Assembly: GCF_001194135.2 (NCBI RefSeq)
Contig: NC_068996.1
Location: forward strand, 52,351,850 to 52,398,119
Source: Octopus bimaculoides
Lineage: Eukaryota
Direction of reading: 5' to 3'
Length of the DNA stretch: 46,270 nt
In this document: piece after piece, positions 23,946-34,450 of the stretch
Position numbering within the stretch: position 1 is the stretch's first letter
Layout: every line of letters starts with the position of its first letter
Made by a program: the position numbers and the translations under genes
Notes under the pieces: generated by a model
What the model saw: the letters and a program-made list of their open reading frames with translations, nothing else
The model's database searches: none
Told to the model about the DNA's origin: nothing

Positions 23946-24856
23946 TTAATCCTTTAGCAATCAGATTATTCTGTCAAATGTAACACTTATTTATTTACAT
24001 TGTTTTGAATTATCATCATCATCATCCAGTGTTTTAAATCCAGGTTTTGTCCCCGTTAACGAGGGTGGCTGGATTTACCTCAATGCCATAGCAACCGCCC
24101 TCACACCATCTTGCCATTTGCCTGGTGTTGGGCATCCTCCTTTTTCAAACCAACCCTCTCAATCGCCTCCTCCACCTGTCCTCTCCACCTTTTCCTCGGT
24201 CTACGTCACTTTCGCTGTCCATTTACATCAAACTCTAGCACCCTCCTTAGAACATGCTTTTCATCCCTCCTCAACACATGCCCTATACCACTACACTCCA
24301 TTCGCCATTGCCAACCATCCACTGATTCCTCCAACCCCAGCATCCCCATCAAGTCCTCAGTCCTCCTCTTATCAAACAGCTTCACTCCACACATTTCTCT
24401 CACCATTTCTCTCTCAGTCCTTCTCAAAATTACCATCTCTCTCTTCCTCAAGCACCATGTCTCACTCCCAAACAGCATTGCAGCTCTCACACAACTCTTA
24501 TAGACCCTTCCTTTCATCTTCAATGAGAACCTTTTCCCATATAAAAAAGCTCCACATTCCCTGAACTTCACCCAACCAAGTCTCGCTCTTGCTGTCACAG
24601 CTGCTCCACATCCACCTCTTACATCCACCCAATCTCCTAATTAACAAAACCCTCTCACCGTTTCCTCCTCATCGCAGAGCGTTTTCACTGGTTCTGCCAT
24701 GCGTTATCTCGTAGCTTCAAGATTTCAATGTTGTGATTGTTTAGTTTTAGAATGACATTGTAGGATAGGTGTAAGAAGCTGGATCTGGCCAGTTTGAATA
24801 TAAAGTAGGTAAAATATTTGAGTTGTATACAGTTGGTTTCAGTGCTAAAGGGTTAC
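23946..24856. mobile_element. piggyBac-like MITE P1 copy 3, interrupted by an RTE insertion
   Basis: TTAA-TCCTTTAGCAATCAG...gaattatcat [insert] catgcgttatctcg...GTGCTAAAGGG-TTAC. The halves rejoin to about 220 bp. Confidence 0.75.
24012..24697 (-). mobile_element. 5'-truncated RTE LINE of a second subfamily (short 3' UTR, (GAT)n tail)
   Basis: ORF 24206-24628 (-) GGCGAAVTARARLGWVKFRECG...KGRVYKSCVRAAMLFGSETWCL. 3' end gtaaatccagccaccctcgttaacggggacaaaacc. Confidence 0.88.
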
Positions 24857-25091
24857 GGTAAATTTGAATATTTTCTAAAATTTTTAGAATGTAATAAATT
24901 TTGAAACATTCCAAAAATTTTCAAATGTTGTGTCATGTTAACACCTGTTGACTAATGATTGGGAATGTTCCTTTGAACAACATTCCTTGATAGGTGAGGT
25001 ATTTATCTCATTACTCAGTTTTCTTTTATCTTTATTAATCATTAGATTACAACTTCATTTCTTTAAACAATTGGTTTCTCTTTGTTCACAG

Positions 25092-25201
25092 GTCAAATCA
25101 ATCAGAAATTCCACTTGGAGAATCCTTAAGTGATACCACTACAATGGTTATTAATGATGATGGCCATGTTTTATCAGAAGGTTGTGGATGGTTATATACA
25201 G
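25092..25201 (+). CDS. AASDH: AASDH exon f: (A)SNQSEIPLGESLSDTTTMVINDDGHVLSEGCGWLYT(G)
   Basis: tttgttcacag|G ... ACAG|gtacag, 110 nt, phase 2 in, phase 1 out. IPLG and the A6-like GWLYTG motif are present. Confidence 0.9.
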
Positions 25202-25431
25202 GTACAGTTAAATATATTTCTATTGTCTTTGAGAGGAATATGAAAGACACTCTAAAATATATTTCAGTTTATTTCACATTTCTCTTAGCTTTCTTCTTCT
25301 ATAACCCTAAATGTTAAAATTAGTCCAGAACACCTCATTCTTAAAAACCATTCTTTTCTTTTCATAATTTCTAATATGTATTTGTTTCTTTAATGGCATT
25401 CAGTTCAGATTTATATTACACTAACAATTTT

Positions 25432-26030
25432 GGTTTGGGTTCAGTCCCATTGCACAGCACTTTGGACAAATAGCTTGTATTATTGCCCCAGGCCACCCCA
25501 GGCTGATCAAAGCCTTGTGAGTGGATTTAATAGACAGAAGCTGAAAGGTGGCGAGCTGGCAGAAACGTTACCCTGCCGGGCGAAATGCTTAGCGGTATTT
25601 CGTCTGCCGTTACGTTCTGAGTTCAAATTCCGCCGAGGTCGACTTTGCCTTTCATCCTTTCGGGGTCGATAAATTAAGTACCAGTTATGCACTGGGGTCA
25701 ATGTAATCAACTTAATCCCTTTGTCTGTCCTTGTTTGTCTCCTCTATGTTTGGCCCCTTGTGGGCAATAAAGAAATAAGAAGCTGAAAGAAGTCTGTCAT
25801 GTGTATGTGTCTTTGTGTTTCTTCCCCACTACTGCTTGGCAACCAGTGTTGGTGTGTTTGCATCCCTGTAACTTAGCAGTTTGGCAAAAATGTCCAGTCC
25901 ATTAGAATAAGTACCAGGTTTAAAAATTAAGCCCTGGAGTTGATTTATTCAACTAAAAACTTTCAAAGGTGGTGCTCCAGCATGGCCACAGTTCAATGAC
26001 TGAAACAAGTAAAAGATAAAAGGATAAAAA
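25432..26030 (+). mobile_element. SINE family B host of a nested family C SINE
   Basis: Head 25432-25547, tail 25790-26030 ending gactgaaacaagtaaaagataaaaggataaaa. Confidence 0.8.
25548..25777 (+). mobile_element. Young SINE family C with 12-bp TSD
   Basis: CpG-rich, B box gagttcaaattcc. TSD AGAAGCTGAAAG at 25536-25547 and 25778-25789. Confidence 0.9.
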
Positions 26031-26609
26031 AATATATTACATAAATGTTGGTGCATCAAGAAGAGAAAATGTTAATTAACTTCTTAATCAATTATTTCAC
26101 TTTATATCATTTTGGGAAAATATGAAGTCAGTATCATACCAGTTCCACTTTTCTAAAATTTAATGACTTAGCACCTCAGAAGAATAAAATAAACAGCTTA
26201 GCTTCCGAACTNNNNNNNNNNNNNNNNNNNNNNNNNNNNNNNNNNNNNNNNNNNNNNNNNNNNNNNNNNNNNNNNNNNNNNNNNNNNNNNNNNNNNNNNN
26301 NNNNNNNNNNNNNNNNNNNNNNNNNNNNNNNNNNNNNNNNNNNNNNNNNNNNNNNNNNNNNNNNNNNNNNNNNNNNNNNNNNNNNNNNNNNNNNNNNNNN
26401 NNNNNNNNNNNNNNNNNNNNNNNNNNNNNNNNNNNNNNNNNNNNNNNNNNNNNNNNNNNNNNNNNNNNNNNNNNNNNNNNNNNNNNNNNNNNNNNNNNNN
26501 NNNNNNNNNNNNNNNNNNNNNNNNNNNNNNNNNNNNNNNNNNNNNNNNNNNNNNNNNNNNNNNNNNNNNNNNNNNNNNTATATATATATATTATATATAT
26601 ATATAAATA

Positions 26610-26990
26610 CATCATCATCATCATCATCATTTAATGTCCGTTTTCCATGCTGGTTTGGGTTGGATGGTTTGACAGGAGCTGGGCAGCTGAAGGGCTATTC
26701 AGACTCCATGTCACCTTTGGTATGGTTTCTATGGCTAGATACCCTTTCTAATGCCAACCACTTTACAAAGTGTACTGGGTGCTTTTGCACACCACCAACA
26801 TGTGTGTTTTTTGCATATCACCAGCATTTACAACTGGAAAGGGTTACAAGGGACAAGCTTGTATGCAAGGGGAACCATGCTTTTATTTAGCTTGACATGT
26901 CTTTTCAAGCACAGCAAGCTGCCCGGAGTCTCAGTCCCCTATCATCCCCTCTGTGAGTTCCAACTTTTGTAGATCCTTGTCTTGCTGTTG
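26610..26990 (-). mobile_element. Old family A RTE 3' copy
   Basis: (CAT)n-ttaatgtccgttttccatgctgg ... cttttctaatgccaaccac ... ttgacatgtcttttc. Confidence 0.7.
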
Positions 26991-27183
26991 GCAATACTGA
27001 GGTGTTCTCTGTACTCCATGTTGTTTCCATTTATTTGATAATATTTCACGAAGTGTACTACATGTGTCTTTCCTAATTAAATTGCAGCATTTACATATAA
27101 CTAATCAGTGATAAAGTCTATAATTATAGGCTGGCCTAACCCAATCCCACTAGGATTAATCTGGTTAATTAATGTATACATAT

Positions 27184-27226
<43 letters not shown>

Positions 27227-27297
27227 TGAAAGTGTATGTATATACATGTAAAATGCCAACACTCATAGTCTAAAAGATGCCATTTTCTTCTTTTCAG

Positions 27298-27470
27298 GAA
27301 GTCTTAACCGTTTATGTTTCGTAAATGATGAAGTAACTCCTGAGAATGGTTTGAGGAATACTGGAGACTTGGTTACCATTGATCAGTCTGGTAAAATATT
27401 CTTTCTTCACAGGAAGGATGAACAGTTGAAAAGAAATGGTAAAAGACTGAATCTCCAAGAAATAGAACAT
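27298..27470 (+). CDS. AASDH: AASDH exon g with A7 (NTGDLV) and A8 (HRKDEQLKRNGKRLNLQEIE) motifs
   Basis: cttttcag|GA ... CAT|gtatga, 173 nt, phase 1 in, phase 0 out. Confidence 0.95.
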
Positions 27471-27611
27471 GTATGAATACAAATTCTTCTTTTCTTTTTC
27501 TTTTGTTCTTTTATATTTCTTGAAATGATTTTTTCCTTTTTGAAGTAATAAGGTTCATATTGTTGACGATAATGACTATGATTCTCCTGCTGTCAACCGT
27601 TATTATAATAA

Positions 27612-27848
27612 AGGCACAAGGCCTTAAATTCTACTGAAATTCTACTAAAGACACAAGGCCTGAAATTTGGTGGGATGGGACCAGTCGATTATATCGACCC
27701 CAGTGTTTCACTGGTACTTAATTTATCAACTCCAAAAGTATGAAAGGCAAAGTTAACTTCGGCAGAATTTGAAGTCAGAATGTAAAGATGGATGAAATGC
27801 CACAAAGCATTTTGACTAGTATACTAATGATTCTGCCAGCTCACCACC

Positions 27849-27850
<2 letters not shown>
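27612..27850 (-). mobile_element. SINE family C
   Basis: Reverse complement of aaggtggtgagctggcagaatc ... ttcaaattctgccgaag ... aggccttgtg. The 5' end abuts (AAT)n. Confidence 0.8.
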
Positions 27851-27903
<53 letters not shown>

Positions 27904-27923
27904 GGATAATAATAATAGTAATA

Positions 27924-28188
27924 CTGAAAACATGGGTGTTTTGTTCATCAAACTTAACCCTTATTCAAGGACCTTTTAAACGGGATGGGCTGCGAAACTT
28001 GAAGAAAATTCTAACTAGGCTCAAGCTGTACTGTTTATCTTGATATGAGGTCACCATGTCACACACATATGGTTGTGATGCATGTGCCTTGTGTACCCTT
28101 ATCAGACGGGTAGTCATGATGGGTATACTGGGTTTCATATATTTGTAACCTCAACCTCACTTTGATGACATGCAATGCTCTCTCACTC
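27924..28188 (+). mobile_element. Unclassified repeat family D, short copy ending ctctctcactc-(AAT)n
   Basis: Aligns by eye to 28990-29263. Confidence 0.7.
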
Positions 28189-28198
28189 AATAATAATA

Positions 28199-28237
<39 letters not shown>

Positions 28238-28241
<4 letters not shown>

Positions 28242-28471
28242 TTTCAGATTTAGGTACAAGGCCAGCAGTTTTTAGGGGAGGGTGTTTAGCTGATGCTATC
28301 AAAAGAGTCAATAAATTTAAGTACTTAACTGGTACTTTATCTTATTGATTCTGAAGGGTTGAAAAGTAAAGGGGGACCTCAATGAGATCTGAACTCAAAA
28401 TGTAAAGAGCTAGAATATATACTGCAAAGCATTTTTCTGATGCTCTACTGATTTTGCCAGCTAGTTGCCTT
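28238..28471 (-). mobile_element. SINE family C, old copy between two (AAT)n tracts
   Basis: Same head and B-box region, reversed. Flanked by (AAT)n at both ends. Confidence 0.7.
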
Positions 28472-28507
28472 AATAATAATAGTAATAATAATAATAATAA
28501 TAATAAT

Positions 28508-28748
28508 CAGGGAGCTGAGAAGTATATTAAGCTACTGCTTGGTAACTCCAGTCTCCATGAAATACAAAAGATAACCTTGATGAGTACAGCCCATATAATA
28601 CGGAAAGCACTCTCCATCTAAAATGGAATAAATGTGGTGATAATTTTAGCATGCATAGCAAAACAAAAGTGCCCTTGCTATTCTTGGACTCTGGAGGATG
28701 CCCGGTACTAAGGCAGCTGAAATAAAATTATAATGAAAAGAAACCATA
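28508..28748 (+). mobile_element. R4/Dong-like (RLE-clade) non-LTR retrotransposon 3' end
   Basis: Frame 28508-28621 QGAEKYIKLLLGNSSLHEIQKITLMSTAHIIRKALSI* has the QK..L..TA.I.RK.L terminus typical of RLE elements. It is followed by a short UTR and (AAT)n. Confidence 0.65.
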
Positions 28749-28784
28749 AATAATAATAATAATAATATTTTTTTAACTGATTGT

Positions 28785-29263
28785 TTTGACTTGGAATAAA
28801 AGATGGGCTACAGAAAATATTCTGCTCAATACCACAGATTTGCTTGTCAGTTGTTTGACCTTAACCAGTTGAGTATGTTCCTTGGTGGCTGACGATATGT
28901 GTGTCTCTGATCATGAGCAGAAGTAGTGGGGGAGCATCATAGCCATGTGTTGAGAAGAATTCTTTGGAGTTTGAATAATTCACCTCTGGAAACGTGGGTG
29001 TTTCGTTCAGCATCCTTAAACAAACCTTATTCAATGACCCTTTGAGCGGAATGGGTTACCTGACCTGAAGAAAATTCTAACTGGGCCCCACCTGTGAGGT
29101 CATGCGCTGTTTATCTTGATATGAGATCACCATGTCGCGCACATATGGTTGTGATGCATGTGCCTAGTGTACCCTTATCAGATGGGTAGTCATGATGGGT
29201 ATATTTTGATTTGTATATTTGTACCCCAGTGTCACTTTGATGGCATGTGCTGCTCTCTCACTC
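28785..29263 (+). mobile_element. Unclassified repeat family D, long copy
   Basis: Shares its 3' ~270 bp with 27924-28188. Bounded by (AAT)n on both sides. No Pol III boxes or ORF seen. Confidence 0.7.
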
Positions 29264-29290
29264 AATAATAATAATAATAATAATAATAAT

Positions 29291-29480
29291 GATGCAACAT
29301 CCAAAATGCTACCTAAAAGACTGAAAGAGATTTGTATTGAAACTCACATTGTTGACCTGCAGAAGAGTACGATCCTATATTCTGCCAGAATCCTAAAGAG
29401 AATTCTTGGAATTTGAGGAGACTTGTTATCAAACAGCATGATAATATGCCTTCTAACTAAATATTGTTTTGTGTGTCCCA
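29291..29480 (+). mobile_element. Second R4/Dong-like 3' end
   Basis: DATSKMLPKRLKEICIETHIVDLQKSTILYSARILKRILGI* (stop at 29414-29416), then ggagacttg. Starts directly after (AAT)n. Confidence 0.65.
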
Positions 29481-30880
29481 AAACACCATTAAAACATTTT
29501 TGTGTTAGTTAGATTTGAAAAAACACCATCTTCTGTGTAAGATTGTTTTATTTCAATTGTAGTCTCTCTGTTTTGCTTTTACTAACAATCTATCTTTTGC
29601 ATGTTGACTATGTTCCAAACATAACTGCACTTGTGATATTTTTACTTTATCAGCAAATCCATGGCATCATAGATGTATGATTAATTGTCTGTTTGATTTT
29701 CGAAGGGTGGCAATCTCAGTTCTTACTCTACCACTTCATCTTCATTATTATATATATATAAGGGCATTACTATACAATAATGCCTCACGCTATGAGGGAC
29801 TCTAAGGTCAGACTACCATAAAAAACACATTTTTATTGAACGCGAGGTTTTTTTCACGCTAGCTACTTGATAAATTCTTGTAAAAGAATTTGTCCTATTA
29901 TTGAATTTAAATATATTACCAGAATATATTCAGTGCTGAATTTATTCTGCGGGAAAAAAACACATGTACTGAGATGCAATTCGAAATTCCCGCCACTTAC
30001 ATAGGCAAATAGCGATGAACAGTCTTCTATGTACTATATTGGATACACGGTGTTCGTTTGGTATGTTGATTCTCTGTTTACTGCTATTTTTCTTGACCAT
30101 ATTATACTGACGAGTAGAGGTTGTATAATACTACAATAACTACGAAATCATGATCTNNNNNNNNNNNNNNNNNNNNNNNNNNNNNNNNNNNNNNNNNNNN
30201 NNNNNNNNNNNNNNNNNNNNNNNNNNNNNNNNNNNNNNNNNNNNNNNNNNNNNNNNNNNNNNNNNNNNNNNNNNNNNNNNNNNNNNNNNNNNNNNNNNNN
30301 NNNNNNNNNNNNNNNNNNNNNNNNNNNNNNNNNNNNNNNNNNNNNNNNNNNNNNNNNNNNNNNNNNNNNNNNNNNNNNNNNNNNNNNNNNNNNNNNNNNN
30401 NNNNNNNNNNNNNNNNNNNNNNNNNNNNNNNNNNNNNNNNNNNNNNNNNNNNNNNNNNNNNNNNNNNNNNNNNNNNNNNNNNNNNNNNNNNNNNNNNNNN
30501 NNNNNNNNNNNNNNNNNNNNNNNNNNNNNNNNNNNNNNNNNNNNNNNNNNNNNNNNNNNNNNNNNNNNNNNNNNNNNNNNNNNNNNNNNNNNNNNNNNNN
30601 NNNNNNNNNNNNNNNNNNNNNNNNNNNNNNNNNNNNNNNNNNNNNNNNNNNNNNNNNNNNNNNNNNNNNNNNNNNNNNNNNNNNNNNNNNNNNNNNNNNN
30701 NNNNNNNNNNNNNNNNNNNNNNNNNNNNNNNNNNNNNNNNNNNNNNNNNNNNNNNNNNNNNNNNNNNNNNNNNNNNNNNNNNNNNNNNNNNNNNNNNNNN
30801 NNNNNNNNNNNNNNNNNNNNNNNNNNNNNNNNNNNNNNNNNNNNNNNNNNNNNNNNNNNNNNNNNNNNNNNNNNNNNNNC

Positions 30881-31895
30881 CAGGGGCACTGGCAACGATC
30901 TCGCTCGAAAACCCTCATATGTCACCTGCACAAGAGCCAGCCCAGGGGCACCAGCAACGATCCCGCTCGGAAGATTTCATGTGTCGCCCGCACATGAGCC
31001 AATCCAGGGGCACCGGCAATAATCCCGCTCAAAAGATTTCATGTGTCGCCCGCACATGAGCCAGTCCAGGGGCACCGGCAACGATCCCGCTTGAAAGATT
31101 TCATGTGTTGCCAGCACATGAGCCAGTCCAAGGGCACTGGCAACGATCTCGCTCGAAAATCCTACGAAAATCCCACACAAGAGCCAGTTCAGGGGCACTG
31201 GCAACGATCTCGCTCGAAATATTTCATGTGTCGCCCGCACATGAGCCAGTCCAGGGGCACTGGCAACGATCCCGCTCGAAAGATTTCATATGTCGCCCGC
31301 ACATGANNNNNNNNNNGAGCCAGTCCAGGGGCACTGGCAACGATCCCGCTCGAAAGATTTCATGTGTCGCCCGCACATGAGCCAGTCCAGGGGCACTGGC
31401 AACGATCCCGCTCGAAAGATTTCATATGTCGCCCGCACATGAGCCATCCAGGGGCACCGGCAATGATCTCTCTCGAAAAACTCATGTGTCACCCGCACAA
31501 GAGCCAGCCCAGGGGCACTGGCAACGATCTCGCTCGAAAAACCTCATGTGTCACCCGCACATGAGCCAGTCCAGGGCACCGTTAACGATCCCGCTTGAAA
31601 CATTTCATGTGTCACCTGCACAAGAGCCAGTCCAGGTGCACTGGCAACGATCCCGCTCGAAAGATTTCATGTGTCACCCGCACATGAGCCAGTCCAGGGG
31701 CACTGGCCACGATCCCGCTCGAAAGATTTCATGTGTCGCTCGCACATGAGCCAGTCCAGGGGCACTGGCAACGACCCCGCTCGAAAGATTTCATGTGTTG
31801 CCCACACATGGGCTAGTCCAGAAGCACTGGCAACGATCTCGCTCGAAAATCCTACGACGGCCCCTCACAATAGCCAGTTCAGGGGCACGGCAACG
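30881..31895. repeat. 62-bp minisatellite, about 16 visible copies, inside the RTE 3' UTR
   Basis: Unit gagccagtccaggggcactggcaacgatcccgctcgaaagatttcatgtgtcgcccgcacat. The period is confirmed by the 2-nt shift between lines 31321 and 31381. Abuts gap 30157-30880. Confidence 0.95.
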
Positions 31896-31899
31896 ATTT

Positions 31900-32082
31900 A
31901 TTTCTATTACACTTGCCTCAACAGGTCTTCGCAAGTGGGGTTTAGTGTCCAATTTTAATTTAACTCGATTTCGATTTCACTTGCCTCAACAGGCCTACGC
32001 AGTGGAGTTTAGTGTCCAACTTAACTTGATTTCGATTTCACTTGCCTCAACAGGCCTACGCAAGTGGAATTTAGTGTCCAAT
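31900..32082. repeat. Three tandem 61-68-bp repeats
   Basis: acttgcctcaacagg at 31911, 31979 and 32040. Confidence 0.9.
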
Positions 32083-32921
32083 GAAGGAAGGAAGTTACAC
32101 ATAAGTGGACTGGCTGGGCCTTAGATTTAGGTCTGACTTGGCTTGCCGGGTCTTCTCGCGCACAGTATATTTCGAAAGGTCTCGGTCAGAAGTCATCGCC
32201 TCGGTGAGGCCCAATGTTCGAAGGTCGTGCCTAACCNNNNNNNNNNNNNNNNNNNNNNNNNNNNNNNNNNNNNNNNNNNNNNNNNNNNNNNNNNNNNNNN
32301 NNNNNNNNNNNNNNNNNNNNNNNNNNNNNNNNNNNNNNNNNNNNNNNNNNNNNNNNNNNNNNNNNNNNNNNNNNNNNNNNNNNNNNNNNNNNNNNNNNNN
32401 NNNNNNNNNNNNNCCTCTCAAGGTACTGATACTCTGTCTAGTATGCACACTGACATTACACATCCATCGGAGCATACTGGCTTCATTCCTTGCGAGCCTA
32501 CGCATGTCCTCAGCAGTCACGGCCCATGTTTCACTGCCATGAAGCATGGTTGTTCGTACACATACATCATACAGTCTGCCTTTTACTCTAAGAGAGAGAC
32601 CCTTTGTCGCCAGCAGAGGTAAGAGCTCTCTGAACTTTGCCCAGGCTATTCTTATTCTAGCAGCTACGCTTTCAGCGCACCCACCTCCACTGCTAATTTG
32701 GTCACCAAGATAGCGGAAGCTATCAACCACTTCTAATTTTTCTCCCTGGAGTGTGGCAGAAGTTGTTTTCATAATTATGATAAATGTATTATTATGATTA
32801 ATGACACTGAAAATATCAGAAACGAGGCTAACTAATTTAATGTGCTAATAATTTTAATGAATTAAGTATTATAATATTTAATGTGATACTTACTGTATAC
32901 CTATTTTTGCACCCTCCTGTA

Positions 32922-32951
<30 letters not shown>

Positions 32952-32952
<1 letters not shown>

Positions 32953-33130
32953 CATCATCATCATCATCATTGTTTAACGTCCGCTTTCCATGCTAGCATG
33001 GGTTAGACGGNNNNNNNNNNCATCATCATCATCATCATTGTTTAACGTCCGCTTTCCATGCTAGCATGGGTTAGACGGTTTGACTGAGGACTGGTGAAAC
33101 CGGATGGCAACACCAGGCTCCAATCTGATT
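32952..33130 (-). mobile_element. Family A 3' end, written twice across a 10-N gap
   Basis: Identical ...catgggttagacgg text before and after 33011-33020. Confidence 0.8.
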
Positions 33131-34166
33131 ATATATATATATATATATTTTGTCTTTCTTTTTGTGTTTTGTTCAACCATTTGTTCTCATTCTTCAGCAT
33201 CAGTTACTTCTTCCTCACCTCATATTCATGGTATGGTGTTACTCATTGCTACATGTTTCTAGGGTTGAGCATAAAGCAATTTCTCTTGCAATTCCCAGAC
33301 GTTTGACTGATGGTGCTCTGGAAACTGTTGTTGTTCTTGCTGCTGCCTCAATTAGTCTCCATTACTTTCCTTTCTCATTTTCTTGTCTAGTTTTCCTAGA
33401 TCTTCAAGGGAAGAGACTCTAAGATGGTTATTCCTAAGCTAAATGTAACAACAAAACTTTTTTGTCCTTAATCTCATACCTTTTATCTTGGTGCCCTCAA
33501 CCAGATGTGGCTCCAGTACAATTTTGAGACCTTTTGGTAACATAAAGACTTGTAAGTCCATTTTGATGACCCCGACCTTGTGCCACTGCTTGTTAGCCCT
33601 GCTTTAACCATTCACGTGTATCATGGTACAAAATTGATGATTAGTCATGTCTCTTATTATCACTATTCTATTTCTTTGTCTCATGAACCAGGGCATGAAT
33701 ATAGTCAGAGGTATGGCTAACAGTTTTGGCTTGTTTTAACTCAACCTGTTGTTTAGAAAGTGCAGCAAATAGTACTATAACTTGTTGCTTTCTTGGTTAA
33801 AATAATATCTTTCATGATGTCCTGAAGTACTTGTTGTAATTCTTGCCATGAGATAGATTGAGTGAAATTCATCTTTTTTAAGGTATCGATGTATAACTTT
33901 TTGCTTTGCTCTCTTCCTCTTGGATTAGATTCTACAGCAAAGAAACACTTGGGGGGGGGGGTTATAAAATTTTCCCAAGCATTTTTTTTCTTGGAACTAT
34001 ATTAAGTCTTAATATTCTATCCTATTTGTGTTAGAATTGGGGTAAAATTTTGCTTCAATTCAACTATTGTATGAACAATTTAGGGTGCTTGACTTCTTGT
34101 GAAATTCACTCCTGATATTGTTGTGACTATCACTATCTTCAAAATGATCAGTTAGACTGTTTGAAA

Positions 34167-34450
34167 TCATCATCATCGTTTAACGTCCGCTTTCCATGCT
34201 AGCATGGGTTGGACGATTTGACTGAGGACTGGCTCCAATCTGATCTGTGAGAGTTTCTACAGCTGGATGCCCTTCCTAATGTCAACTACTCTTTTACATG
34301 CCACCAGCACAAAGGCCAGTCTGGTGGTACTGGCAACAGCCATGCTCAAATGATGTTTTTTAAATGCCACCTGCACAGGAGTCAGTCCAGTGGCACTGGC
34401 TATGACCTTGCTCGAATGTTTTGTTCATGTGCCACCGGCACAAGTGCCAG
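34167..34450 (-). mobile_element. Family A RTE 3' UTR copy
   Basis: catcatcgtttaacgtccgctttccatgctagcatggg ... cagctggatgcccttcctaa ... repeat units. Confidence 0.85.

Larger units (their letters stand above)
30881..32772 (-). mobile_element. Longest family A RTE copy: ORF2 C-terminal ~220 codons plus repeat-expanded 3' UTR
   Basis: ORF 32095-32772 (-) GEKLEVVDSFRYLGDQISSGGGC...LHGSETWAV...EKTRQAK. The 3' end is probably in the gap. Confidence 0.9.

Noticed and set aside
30140-31022. Long ORFs in the track (also 3190-3524, 6215-6541, 26160-26630)
   Set aside because: They are open only because they run through N gaps.
30881-31895. CRISPR-like regular array
   Set aside because: Units are contiguous with no unique spacers, the context is eukaryotic, there are no cas genes, and the unit is homologous to the RTE UTR.
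32952-33075. Tandem duplication of a LINE 3' end
   Set aside because: Identical text including a private variant on both sides of a 10-N gap points to an unmerged contig overlap.
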